This document shows positions 27,769 through 40,859 of a stretch of 64,000 bases of DNA, in pieces. Within the stretch, counting starts at the first letter, position 1. Each line of letters starts with the position of its first letter. Source of the DNA: Eledone cirrhosa. Lineage: Eukaryota. The translations under genes were made by a program, and so were the position numbers. The stretch lies in the NCBI GenBank assembly GCA_964016885.1, contig OZ024757.1, positions 5,022,001 to 5,086,000 on the forward strand, given 5' to 3'. The notes below the pieces were generated by a model. That model saw nothing but the letters and a program-made list of their open reading frames with translations. It had not been told where the DNA came from and did not search any database.

Positions 27769-29590
27769 CAGTAAGGTGTTCTGGAAGTATGTTCACTCAA
27801 AGCAGAGGGCTCACTCTCCAGTTGGTCCTCTTCGCAATCCCCACACAAGCCAGGTTACTGACGACCCCAAGGAATGCGCAGAGCTCATTGCTGAATGCTA
27901 TGCAGGCATTTTCACTATTGAAGACCAGAGTGTACCATCTCCACGACCTATGACACCGGACTCTATTACAACCATGGAATTTACACCTGCAATGCTGCGA
28001 CGTCACCTAAAAAATAAACGCAACCATGCCTCTTCTGGTCTTGATGGTGTTACGTACCTGCTTCTTAAACGTGGTGGGTACTTCCTTCTACACCAGTTAT
28101 CACGCTTCTTCCAATTCTGCCTGAACAACAGTGCTACTCCAGAACAGTGGAAAACTGCCAGTGTCATTCCTCTGTTCAAAAAGGGTGACCGCACATCACC
28201 TGTGAACTATCGTCCAGTCAGTCTTACTAGTTGCATCGCCAAACTGATGGAATCCTGTGTCAGAGAAACACTTTGGAACTTCTGGAGCACTCACAGTCTA
28301 ATCCGGCCCTCGCAATTTGGATTTATCCCCAACTCCAGCTGCTGTGATCAACTTATAGAGTTTCTTGAGGACATCACCCGGATCTATGTTGGCGGCTCAT
28401 GGGTGGATGTTGTTTACCTTGACTTTGCGAAGGCCTTCAATTCTGTGCCACACAAAAGGCTTATGGCAAAACTCTCTGCAATGGGTGTGAAGGATGATCT
28501 TATAAACTGGTTGAAGTCCTTCATTCTCAGTCGAAGAGAGGTAGTCACGGTTCTGGGACAGCATTCCTCACCATATGAGATGTCATCTGGTGTACCACAG
28601 GGATCTGTTCTTGGCCCCCTTTTGTTTGTGGCATATATTAATGACATAGATGCCAACTTAAGGAATGCCACAGTACTAAAGTACACAGACGACATCAAGC
28701 TGTACCTTGAGATAAAAAGGACAGATCCTGAACACTATAGATCTTGCTTGCAGTCTGACCTGGACACAATGCAACAATGGATCTCAGACTGGCAACTCAA
28801 GCTAGCTGTGGACAAGTGCACCACCATGCATTTTGGGAGTAAAAACCCAGCGTCCACATACTCCCTCCACAGCACTAATATCAAGAAGTCTTCCTGTGAA
28901 CGTGACCTGGGCATTACGGTCAGCAGCGATTTGCGTTGGATGAAGCACGTCTCTAAAATTGTCAAGAGGGCCGAGGGTGTCTTAGCATCACTCAGCAAGA
29001 CCTTTGTCAGCCACTCTCCAGCTATCTATTTAAGGCTGTACATGGCTATGGTGCGACCACACTTAGAATTTGCATCACCAGTCTGGAACCCCTATCTTGC
29101 TCAGAACATTGACCGCCTGGAAACTGTTCAGAGACGTACAACCAAGCAAATACCCTCCATCAGGCATCTACCATACTCTGAACGCCTTGCTTCCCTGGGC
29201 ATGGATTCATTGAAGCTCTGACGCCTGGCAACTGACTTGGTAAACACCCACAAAATTGTTAACCATGTTGCCATCAACAACCCTGAGTACCTTTTTGATT
29301 TCCATGTGTCTAACACACGTGGACATGCCCACAAAGTAAGAAAACAGCACAGTTCCCATGACTTTCGGAAACATTTTTTGATGCTCAGAGTTGCTGAAGC
29401 ATGGAACAAACTACCTGCATCAGTTGTCGAGACACTGCATCCTTTAAGGTCTCAATGCTTCCAGAGATCCGCCAACACTACAGCTAACACATACACACAT
29501 GTACTTCCCTGACATTTGTGTATTATTCTATGTACTATATTGACGAGTTGTAGTGCACCTGAGCACTTTACACAATAATTTCATTATTAT
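27769..29590 (+). mobile_element. 5'-truncated CR1/L2-group LINE (ORF2 RT remnant)
   Basis: NYRPVSLTS, VYLDFAKAFNSVPH, SGVPQGSVLGPLLF, YTDD (YADD altered), ERDLG, VRPHLEF, LETVQRR, TRGH, WNKLP; TGA at 29219; (att)n end. Confidence 0.92.
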
Positions 29591-31030
29591 ATATACTTCT
29601 ATTTCCTCCAAATATATTAGTTGTCATCCTGTAGAAGACGTTTCTGTATTAAACATTGCATATACACTACTATTCCCTTCGAATTAATGAGTTCTAGCCC
29701 TGTGGAAGCTATTTACATATTAAATATTGCATACATACTACTATTTACTACGAATTAATGAGTTCTTGTCCTTAAGAAGCCATTTCCATATTTAATATGG
29801 CATATAATGTACTATTTTATTTGAATTAAAATTTCTAGTACTTTAGAAGGCATTTCTGTATTAAATATTAAACAAAAATTACTATTTCCCTTGAATTAAT
29901 GAGATTTAATACTTTAGAAGCCATTTCCATATTAAATATGGCATATAATCTACAAATACCCTTCAAATTAAAGAGTTCTACTGCTTTATAAGCCATTTCT
30001 TTATTAAATATGACATATATACTATTATTTCCCCCAATTATATTAGTTTTACTCCCTTAGAAGCTATTTCTTTATTAAATATTGCATGTTCTCTAATATT
30101 TCCTTCAAATTGAAGAGGTTTAGTCGTTTAAAGACCATTTCTGTATTAAATATTGCATATAATCTAGTAATACCCTTCAAATTAATGAGTTTCAGCCCCG
30201 TAGAAGCTATTAAATTATACTACTCTTTCTTACAAATATATTAGTTCTAGTCCTTTGACAGCCATTACTGTATTAAATATTGCATATACACTACTATTTT
30301 GTTTGATTTAATGAGTTCTAGCTCTGTAGAAGCTATTTATGTATTAAATATTGCATATAATCTACTAATACTCTTCAAATTAAAGTGTTTTAGTCCTGTA
30401 GAAGCCATTTCTGTATTAAATATTGCATACATACTACTATTTACTACAAATTAAAGAGTTATTGTCCTTAAGAAGCCATTTCCATATTAAATATGGCATA
30501 TAATGTACTATTTCCTTCAAATTAAAAGTTCTAGTCATTTAGAAGCCATTTCTGTATTAAATATGGCATATAATCTACTAATATCCTTTGAATTAATGAG
30601 TTTTCGTCCTGTACAAGCCATTTCTGTATTAAATATGGCATATATACTACTATTTCTCCTTTGAATCAGATATATCTAGGCCTTTAGAAGCCATTTCTGT
30701 ATTAAATATTGCATATACTGTACTATTTCCTTCAAATCGAAGAGTTCTAGTCCTTTACAAACATTTTCTGTATTAAATATTACACATATACTTCTATTTA
30801 CCCCAATTAAATCCGTTCTAGTCCTTTAACAGCCATTTCTGTATTAAATATTGCACATACACTACTATTTCCTTTGAATTATTGAGCTTTACTACTTTAG
30901 AAGCCATTACATGTGGCATATAATCTACTATTTCCTTCAATTGAAGAGTTCTAGTCCTTTAGAGGCCATTTCTGTATTAAATGTAGCATATAATCTACTA
31001 ATACCTTTCAAATTAATGAGTTTCAGTGAC
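29591..31030 (+). repeat. 71-bp satellite, orientation A
   Basis: Continuation of the monomer interrupted by the CR1/L2 element. Confidence 0.93.
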
Positions 31031-31746
31031 CTGGAACTAAGTAAAAACTTTAATCTGTTATTTTAATAAATATTTGCTCTACGGTTCTTATATATTTGAT
31101 ATATATTTATCCTTATTGAGCCCTCTTTGGATTTTAGTCTTCAAATTTATTATTATTACTATTTATATATCATCATCATCATCAGGTCGAGCTTGCTCTC
31201 CTTTTTAGCTTTCAATAGCTGGATATACACTTGCGGTCGCTACTCCATACAAGTGAAAGCAGTACTCTGTGTTAGAGTGGTTGTGCCTCACCGAAACATC
31301 CAAACAATAGTTGATATGATCGCCCTGCCACTAGTAGTATGAACCAAATTCACAGTTACTTGATCATTGCTTTATCTACTGATCCGACATCCTTCCTACC
31401 AATGTCGTCGTTTAACCCAGTCAAGATTGGTTTGACAGATTGCCTATCAAGGCCAAAGAGCTCTGTCCACCCTGGCTTTGAAATCAGAATGGTCCCTCTC
31501 CTAAACAGATTGCTGACCAAGGCTACCAAATATACACTATATACTCATTTACACTATTTTTGGATGGCGTTGACTCTTATTAGTTCTTCCGCCCTTTGTC
31601 AGGTTTTGTTTTTGTCCTGCAGGATGTCCAAAATCACCCTCCTCACCAAGTAAACTTGATGGGGTTGCCGGTTTAGTCGCCGACGACCCGACCATGTGAG
31701 AGGTTGTACTGGGTTACATGTTACCAGTAGCACTTGAGAGTGACCT

Positions 31747-31801
<55 letters not shown>

Positions 31802-32089
31802 TTAATTTTGGTATGTTTATATACATTTTTTCTTCTAACTTTGATTTTATACCTAATTGTGTATGGTTGACGATATATTTAATCGATTCCCACGTGCTGT
31901 TGGAAATGCTGGGTAAATATTCTATGGCTGTTTATCTATTATTTCTTCATAGGTGTCTTTTAATCTTATAGCCTGGTTTAATTGGTTTTTTGTGTGGTTA
32001 ATTATGCTGATTGGGAGAGGAAATGGTGTATATATTTTATCAAATGTTTCTATGGACATACTTTATTATATATACATTTATATATTTTT

Positions 32090-32471
32090 GGAGGCACATG
32101 GCTTAGTGGTTAGAGCATTGGCCTTGCAATCGGTTGTGAGTTCAATTCTCAGACTTGATGTGTTGTTTCCTTGAGCAAGACACTTTATTTCACATTGCTC
32201 CAGTTTACTCAGCTGTAGAAATGAGATGATATGAATGGGGTCCCTATCATTCCACTGTAAAGTGGTCATGGAGGCACCACGGCAAAACAAAGCACCCAGC
32301 CCACACTGTAAAGTGGACGTATAGGTGCCACGGCAAAAAAGCACCCAGCACTCACTGTAAATAAGGTTAGTGTTAGGAAGGGCATCCAGCTGTAGAAATC
32401 AAGCGAGAATCAGTTCCCATCCCACCCTTGCAAGCAGGGAAAAGCGGACGTAAAATGATGATGATGATGAT
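32090..32471 (+). mobile_element. tRNA-derived SINE family 2 with RTE-like 3' tail
   Basis: Box A tggcttagtggttagagc; box B gagttcaattc; core ccttgagcaagacactt; ends cccttgcaagcagggaaaagcggacgtaaaatgatg like the RTE at 7020-7070. Confidence 0.88.
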
Positions 32472-32852
32472 TTATATTTATATAAAGTTTTTTCGATTTT
32501 TAGATAATCTGTGGTCGTGAGTTCAATTTTCACCTCGGATTTTCAGAGGTTAAAATAATTTTAAAGTTATTTTTTTTTTGTTATTGCTTTAGTTGCTCAA
32601 TCGACCAGGGCAATGCTGGAGCAACACATCCAATATATCATTTTGTTAATATCGGCCCCAGTACATTAAAGGATTTCTACTTTATATTAGTTTTACAATA
32701 CTCAGTTTATGTTTATATTAAAGGGGAACATAAACATATTTTAGATTGAGGAGGGGCATGTAGCAGAAAAGTTTGGGAACAACTGATATATATATATATA
32801 TATATATGGTTGTGAGTGTGTATATATATATATATACATAACATATATATAG

Positions 32853-32893
<41 letters not shown>

Positions 32894-32907
32894 TTGTGTG
32901 CGCGCGC

Positions 32908-32956
<49 letters not shown>

Positions 32957-33597
32957 AACATGCACATATCCATAAATATATATATACGTGTGTGTCCTTT
33001 CTGCACCATGCCCCTCCTCAATCTAAAATATGTTTATATTCCCCTTTAATATAAAAATAAACTCCAAAATCTAAACAGACTTCTCGTAGGTGCTGCCAGA
33101 TACACGATAACATGTGTAGACGAAGTGTAACTGGAAGTTGGGTCGTACTATATCACTTTAAAATTGGCCCCTATTATATTCAAATTAACACCAGTGTGGC
33201 GTGCACCCCTCGTTGGGAATCCCTGATATATACATATTTACTGCTGTCCTGTGGAGGCACAACACAAACCGGAAATGGCAGCCATTAAAAAACTTTGGCT
33301 TAAAATCAGTGAAAATATTTTAAACTAGAAAATTTAATGTAAACAAACCCGGGTTTTTTTGCCAAGAAAGATAACTCTTGTCTTACTTAATCGCAAAAAA
33401 TCGAGACAAAAATGTTGCGGGTCCTGGTTGTTGGTATTTGACTGTTATTTCTAGCATATATAGACACTTTAGAAATAGCAGCGAAAACGGAATGAGGGTA
33501 CACACACACATATATATATATATGTGTGTGTATATACATACATATATATATATATATATAATATATAAGATCAAAAGATGGTTAAAAGAGTTCCATG

Positions 33598-33668
33598 TAT
33601 TTTATTATGCGCATTTCAAAAACAAATATCATCATGCAATAACATTTGTGTTTTCATCAGATAAAATA
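33598..33668 (-). ncRNA. Minimal type I hammerhead ribozyme motif
   Basis: TATTTTAT-CTGATGA-16-bp stem II-GAAA-TGCGCA-TA-ATAAAATA. Confidence 0.78.
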
Positions 33669-34091
33669 GGAAGACATGATATGAAGGTTAAAGAACACTT
33701 GTGAATAGTGCAGTTTTAAATCAAAATATGAAAAGTAGTTTTAGATTGATGTGTGATATTGGGAAAACAATTTTGAGGGCGGGGGAGGTTGGAAAGGATG
33801 AAAAAGAGGAGGAGATGAGAGTAAAAAGTGGAGGGGGAGGAGTATAATGAGGAAGGATGAGATAGGAGGAGAGATGGGTGATAGAGAGAGAGAGATAGCT
33901 TTTATAACTGAGAAAAATATATTGTTTTACATAGAGAGGTTGAAAAACCGTTGGACGATAATGTATAAATTAAAAGAATTTGAAAATTAACGAAGAGAAA
34001 AATAATGTTAAGTTAAGGTTTGTATTTTGAAGGGTTTAATAATATGTAATAATTGTACTACAATAAAACTCACCTCCGAAATATATATATA

Positions 34092-35092
34092 TCATCATCA
34101 ACGTTTAACGTCCGTGTTCCACGCTTGCATGGGTTTGGACGGGGGTTTTCCCACTTGAGGCAAGAGTGATTGTCTTGCTCGCATAGGACTGTCTGGCAGG
34201 TTTTCTACAGTTGGATGCCCTTCCTAACACCAACCACATTTATAGTGTGGAACTGGGAGGTTTTTACCGTGTTGCCTACACGGCCACATTACAGCGTGGA
34301 CTGTGTGTTTTTTTTTTGTCGTGACACCTACACGATCTCATTTGTTTCGGCCTGGATGGTGTGGCACCAACATAACTTTACATAGAAGGGGGCGGTGTGG
34401 ATGGGGTGAGGGTGGTGGGACGAGGGTGTATTTTTTTAGAGATGCCTACTGACTGTAGTAGGTTTTACTTTGTATTTAGGTAAGGCGGGTCTTCTCTATT
34501 ACTGAGTACCGCCAAAGGTCTCGGTCCAGTGACATTGTCTTGGTGAGGTGTAAGTGTGTGAGGTCGGAGTTTATCAGCTCGTCCCAGGTTTTTCTGGGTC
34601 TGCCTATTCCGTGGCTACCGTCTATCTTTATTGCCCTGCACTTTGTTATACAGCTATCGTCCTTCATGCGCATCACGTGACCATACCAACGTAGCCTTCT
34701 CTTGAGTAAACAACATCTGATCCCTCTTATTTCTAATTTTTTCCTTAGTTCGTTTATGCTTTGTCGTTCACGTATATTACTATTACACATCCAGCGGAGC
34801 ATGCAAGGTTCGTTTCTCTCTAGTCTGCGTATATCCTCTGCACACAATGCCCAGGTCTCACTGCCATGCAACATTGCTGTTCGTATGCAGGCATCGTACA
34901 ACCTGCCTTTCATTTTTAGGGAGAACCCTTTAGCGGCTAATAGTGGTATAAGCTCTCTGAACTTTTTCCACCCAGTTCTGACTCTAGCTACTGTACTTTC
35001 AGAGCACCCTCCCCCACTGCTGATTTTGTCACCCAGGTAACGGAACCTGTCCACTATTTCTATAGAACCCTCTGCGCAGTTGAAAGAGCTAG

Positions 35093-35098
<6 letters not shown>
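34092..35098 (-). mobile_element. RTE 3' fragment
   Basis: ORF 34476-35054 nearly identical to the C-terminus of 8256-10223; one UTR module; (cat)n tail. Confidence 0.93.
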
Positions 35099-35155
<57 letters not shown>

Positions 35156-35521
35156 ATATTAATAAATGGAAACTATATTTATAAAACCATATTTATTTTA
35201 TTATACATATTTCAAAGGCCACATGCTTTAAGATCTCTTCTTCTCTAAAAGTCATAGTGGCCCTTGAAATATGTATAATAAAATAAATATAGTTTGCATT
35301 TATTAATATATTGTGTATTTACACCTCAAACCTCTGCATATATATATATATTTATTAAAATAACAGATTAAAGTTTAATCAAAGAATCGCTGCTTTCACC
35401 CTTAATGGGATCTTCTGAAAAAATTTTAATAAATATTTGCCCTACGGTTCTTATATATTTGCTCTATATTTATCCTTATCGATTCCTCTTTGGATTTTAG
35501 TCTTCAAAAATCTATTATTAT

Positions 35522-35592
<71 letters not shown>

Positions 35593-35730
35593 AAAGTTAA
35601 ACAAGGTTCAATGAATACATCATGGAATGAGTTTTACAATAGAATGGAAGCACTCAACAAGTAAAAGTTTTCCAGATTTATTAATATTAATTCAAAATAT
35701 TAACAAAATAGATATTCTTGTGATCAATTA

Positions 35731-35797
35731 TATTTTATTATACATATTTCAGAGGTACTGAGTTAAGTTTAACAGTACGTCCTCATCAGATAAAATA
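35731..35797 (-). ncRNA. Minimal type I hammerhead ribozyme motif
   Basis: TATTTTAT-CTGATGA-GGACGTACTG...CAGTACCTCT-GAAA-TATGTA-TA-ATAAAATA. Confidence 0.7.
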
Positions 35798-35847
35798 GGA
35801 TGATGCATGACATACCCTGACATAGTAGATGGTTAAGATTCAGTCAT

Positions 35848-35888
<41 letters not shown>

Positions 35889-36080
35889 CAAAGGAATTGT
35901 GGTAAGGAACCAGATGGACCATAACGCACCAGAGTATTCAATACTTAGTTAGGGTAGTAGAGTGGGTAATAGGAAAAAGTATGACCCCGACAGCAGAAAT
36001 AGCCGTTTCGACGGCTATTTCTGGAGTCCAGAAATAGCCGTCGAAACGGCTTGAGCTCTGCCGTCGGGGTCATACTTTTT

Positions 36081-36111
<31 letters not shown>

Positions 36112-36115
<4 letters not shown>

Positions 36116-36336
36116 TAATGTATAATAAACAATACAGTATAATTACCTCATTACCAGAGGTTCCCAGAATAAGACGAATACAAGAAACGTCCGTATTCGT
36201 TCATCAGACAAGGCAATTTATAAATTGTAAATTGCCTTGTCTGATGAACGAATGCGGACGTTTCTTGTATTCGTCTTATTCGGGAAACCTCTGGTAATGA
36301 GGTAATTATACTGTATTGTTTATTATATATTAAATA
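36112..36336. repeat. ~225-bp near-perfect palindrome with a hammerhead-like core on each arm
   Basis: Arms of ~109 bp around a 7-nt spacer; plus arm has CTGATGA (36241)...GAAACCTC-tggtaat-GAGGTA. Confidence 0.85.
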
Positions 36337-36404
36337 TTTAGCTCTGTAATTTACATAGAGCACTCTTCATTCCTCTGACTTTTTTCAATTTTCAACGGAA
36401 ACTT

Positions 36405-36468
<64 letters not shown>

Positions 36469-37034
36469 GGCATACGTCAAGACGGGCGGTCTCAAAAGTG
36501 AAAGTAAATTTATTTTCATTTTCGAACGTCGTGTCTACATTTTGTGTGTTCAAAGGAAACATGCTGGCGACGAAGCTTCTTCTTTGCACGGCTCCATGTG
36601 CTCTCTAGGAGCTATGTGTGCACATCAAGGTCCGCAGGATCTACAAAGTTCCGTTCGTGCACCACAACATCATGAACGTAAATCCCACCTTCAATTTCCG
36701 AATAGGAAGCCCAACCATCGGGGATGATGCGGCTGCCTGGCAAAATCCCTGCTAAATGATGGGGACGAGAGTGTCAGAGCTTCGATTTGGGACTTCTGCA
36801 AGGCAGCAGCGTCTAGAATGGCGGACTCACCATTCTGCAAGCCTCCTTACAAGATTACTTCGGTATTGAGTACTCTTCTCTCAACCGTCAACTACACACA
36901 CACACACACACATACATATATATATAATCAGTTAAAACAACACTAATTTAAATCTAAACACACACAAAATGTAAACACGACGTTCGAAAATGAAAATAAA
37001 TTTACTTTCACTTTTGAGACCGTCCGTTTGACGT

Positions 37035-37039
<5 letters not shown>
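36469..37039. mobile_element. Element with ~85-bp inverted termini in (TA)n
   Basis: ggcatacgtcaa...ttttgtgtgt is the inverse of acacaaaa...ttgacgtatgcc. Confidence 0.7.
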
Positions 37040-37106
<67 letters not shown>

Positions 37107-37957
37107 TATATATACGTGTGTGCCCTTCTTTCTCATGTTTTCCGTTTTTCGCTGCTATTTCTAAAGTGTTCAGACATGCTAGAAATAGCAGTCAAATACC
37201 AACAACCAGGACCAAATCAACTGCACACCCGCAACATTTTTGTCTTGATTTTTGCGATTAAGTAAGACAAGAGTTACCTTTCTTGGCAAAAACACTCGGG
37301 TTTGTTTACATTAAATTTTCTAGTTTAAAATATTTTCACTGATTTTAAGCCAAAGTTTTTTAATGGCTGCCACTTCCGGTTTGTGTTGTGCTTCTACAGG
37401 ACAGCAGTAAACCTGCTAGAAATAGCAGTCATAGCAACATATTCACATATATTTATATATCAAGGATTCCCAACGAGGGGTACACGCCACACTGGGGTTA
37501 ATTTGAATATAATAGGGGTCAATTTGAAAGTTATATAATACGTTTGTTTTGACCACGGCTGCATCTTAGCTTTGTTTAATTAAATGATCTCTACTTTATA
37601 TTACAATAATAACACTTTTACAAGGTTCTGTTTCTTGTTATATTAAAGGGGGACATAAACATATTTTAAATGTTGATATATATTTATTTATGTCCTTCTT
37701 TCTGCTGTTTACTAAACTCTAAACTCAGCATTTTTCTGTTGTTCTCTGGGATTCTAGGATATATATATATATATATAGTATGAATGAGATTCTACAGGAC
37801 CAGAACTGTTTCATTCTTGAGATATCATAAGGAATTTCTCAAGAATGAAACAGTTCTAGTCCTGTAGAATCTCATCTATACTAAAACTTTTATACTCTGC
37901 TATGTATTGAGTACCTTACTTACTGTGGTTACCTCCGATTCAACCCGGAATAATTTA

Positions 37958-37990
<33 letters not shown>

Positions 37991-38110
37991 GTTATAATTA
38001 AACGAGGTTATAATTAAACTAAACTGCTTCCACTGGGCATCATAAGCTGATCGTGATCGTTGGAGACTGCTTTCTGCGCTGAACCTAAGATTAAAAGATA
38101 TATATATATA

Positions 38111-38456
38111 TCATCATCATCATCATTTCATTTTACGTCTGCTTTTTCCCTGTTGGCAAGGGTGGGACGGGAACTGATTCTGGCTTGATTTCTACAGCTG
38201 GATGCCCTTCCTAACACCAACCTCATTTACTGTGTGGGTTGGGTGCTTTTTTTGCCGTGGCACCTCCACGACCACTTTGCAGTGGAATGATGTGGACGCC
38301 AGTCCCTATCATCTCATTTCTACAGCTGAGTAAACTGGAGCAATGTGAGATAAAGTGTCTTGCTCAAAGACACAACACATCACCCGGTCTGATAATTGAA
38401 CTCACAACCTTTTGATTGCAAGGTCAATGCTCTAACCACTAAGCCATGTGCCTCCA
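38111..38456 (-). mobile_element. SINE family 2
   Basis: Homologous to 11050-11429. Confidence 0.85.
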
Positions 38457-38934
38457 TATGTATAATAAAATAAATATGGTTTTATAAATATAGTTTCCAT
38501 TTATTAATATATTGTGTATTTACTACACTAAACTGTTGAGTGCTTTATATCAGTTATAAAAAAATTTAAGCTTGTTGAATCCCAAAATAGTTGTTGAAAC
38601 AGCCACAGCTCAGCCGTCGGGGTCCTGAATATTTTCATATATATATATACGTATGAGTGTGTGTGTTTTGAGAATTAATAATTATATAAACAAGTTTGTA
38701 ATGAACAATTTATTTATTATCAAAACTGTATAAACATGATATTATTTACAGTAAGAATAACAATAATAATGATGGTTTCTAGTAAAGGTGGAAGGCCAGT
38801 AATTTGGGGGAGGGGAAAGTTGATTAAATCGAAGAGAGAAAGAAAGAAGAAACAGAACGGGAAGGAGAGGGGATGGCAAGAGGTCTGGTGTCGCAGAAGA
38901 GAGGGGAGGTGGTTGAGCTTTGAGTCTAGGGCAA

Positions 38935-39415
38935 GAGGGCAGAAATGCTGCGCCCCACGGATAAGACGGCAAAAATATTCTCGCGGACGATGGCCAGAGA
39001 TATCCAATGCAACAACCACCCAACCTCGCGGTGTTCCCTCCTCAGATGGGCCGCTGACGCTCCGATCTTGTGGAGGAGCTCGGCAGTACGGGGTCCAAGT
39101 ACTCCTGGGGTCTCGACGTTGACTGGTGCAGAGAGGAAGTGGCCGGACAGTCCTCGGTATTTGTTTATTTTACGTTCTTCTGGAAAGTGGGCTGCGATGC
39201 CGGGGTTTGTGACCGAAACGACTTGGAAACGAAGTTGGAGGCGGAGATTGTGTCGTAGCTGGTGGTGTCGCAGATGATGGACCTACGTCCTTCGAATGGG
39301 AAGAGAGTGATTCCGTCGGGGCGCTTGCCATCTCCGGGACCTGTTGGCCCCAGTTGTGATGGGAAGCCAGCTGCGTCCAGGCTTCTTCTCAATATGTCGT
39401 TGAGAACGGCGAGTA
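38935..39415 (-). pseudogene. CRE-like RLE fragment, inverted paralogue of 20003-20480
   Basis: ORF 39165-39392, GKRPDGITLFPFEG. Confidence 0.75.
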
Positions 39416-39956
39416 TCTATTAAATAATTATTTGAATATTGAAATTTTAGGTTTAACTACCTTTTAAACCAAATACATTAAGAAAGGCATGACCAACACC
39501 ACATCATTTTTATTTCTATTTTGAAAGTAGGTTTATAAGTATTAAATTTCAGTAGATTCTTATATCCTTCATGGTGGTCTGGTGGGAGATGCGAGAGATG
39601 GTGGGGGTTCTGGTCTGGGGTTCAATCCTGCTCAGGAGATACTCTAAGGGGGTTCATACTAAACTTCTTCAGTGTTTCTTATCTCTAGAGACAAATATAT
39701 ATACATAAGGTAATCTGGTAAAGTTGTTAGAACATCACATAGAATTCTTTGTAGTACTTTTTTCCAGTTCTTTAATCTGAGTTCAACTTTACTTTTCTTC
39801 CATTCGGGGTTGATAATAAAGTACCAGTCAAATACTAGGGGTTAATTCTTCCTCTATATCTCTTTCTCACTCTCTGTCTGTTTTATTAAGACCTGGAGAG
39901 GAGATGTACTCTGCCAGGTTTTATAATGAGTGATGGGGTCATACCTGCCTGCAACA

Positions 39957-40857
39957 CCACTGTGTACTAAGTGTAGATTTAGATATCCTTGTTCAGGGCC
40001 TTCCTAACATTACTGTGTACTGAGTGTAGATTTGGATATCCTTGTTCAGGGCCTTCTTAACATTACTGTGTACTAAGTGTAGATTTGGATATCCTTGTTC
40101 AGGGCCTTCCTAACATTACTGTGTACTGAGTGTAGATTTGGATATCCTTGTTCAGGGCCTTCTTAACATTACTGTGTACTAAGTGTAGATTTGGATATCC
40201 TTGTTCAGGGCCTTCCTAACATTACTGTCTACTAAGTGTAGCATTTTATATCCTTGTTCAGGGCCTTCCTAACATTACTGTGTACTAAGTGTAGCATTTT
40301 ATATCCTTGTTCAGGGCCTTCCTAACATTACTGTGTACTGAGTGTAGCATATTATATCCTTGTTCAGGTCCTTCCTGACATTACTGTGTACTAAGTGTAG
40401 ATTTGGATATCCTTGTTCAGGGCCTTCCTAACATTACTGTGTACTGAGTGTAGATTTTGATATCCTTGTTCAGGCCCTTCCTAACATTACAGTGTACTAA
40501 GTGTAGCATTTTATATACTTGTTCTGGGCCTTCCTAACATTACGGTGTACTAAGTGTAGCATTTTATATCCTTGTTCAGGGCCTTCCTAACATTACTGTG
40601 TACTAAGTGTAGCATTTTATATCCTTGTTCAGGGCCTTCCTAACATTACTGTGTACTGAGTGTAGCATTTTATATCCTTGTTCAGGGCCTACCTAATATT
40701 AATGTGTACACTGAGTGTAGATTTTAACATCCTTGTTCTGAGCCTTCCTAATACTACTGTGTTCTAAGTGTAGATTTTGATATCCTTGTTAAGGGCCTTC
40801 CTAATATTACTGTGTATTAAGTGTAGCTTTTAACATCATCCATGTTCAGAGCCTTCC
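39957..40857 (+). repeat. 53-bp minisatellite (~17 copies)
   Basis: Same unit as at 20775; atcc at 39985 and 40038. Confidence 0.95.
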
Positions 40858-40859
40858 TC

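Noticed and set aside
35385-35430. Hammerhead-like CAGAAGA-TCCC-attaa-GGGT-GAAA on the minus strand (also ~5200, 12500, 57890)
   Set aside because: The core reads CAGA rather than CUGA in all copies and no convincing stem I or NUH; not counted as a ribozyme.
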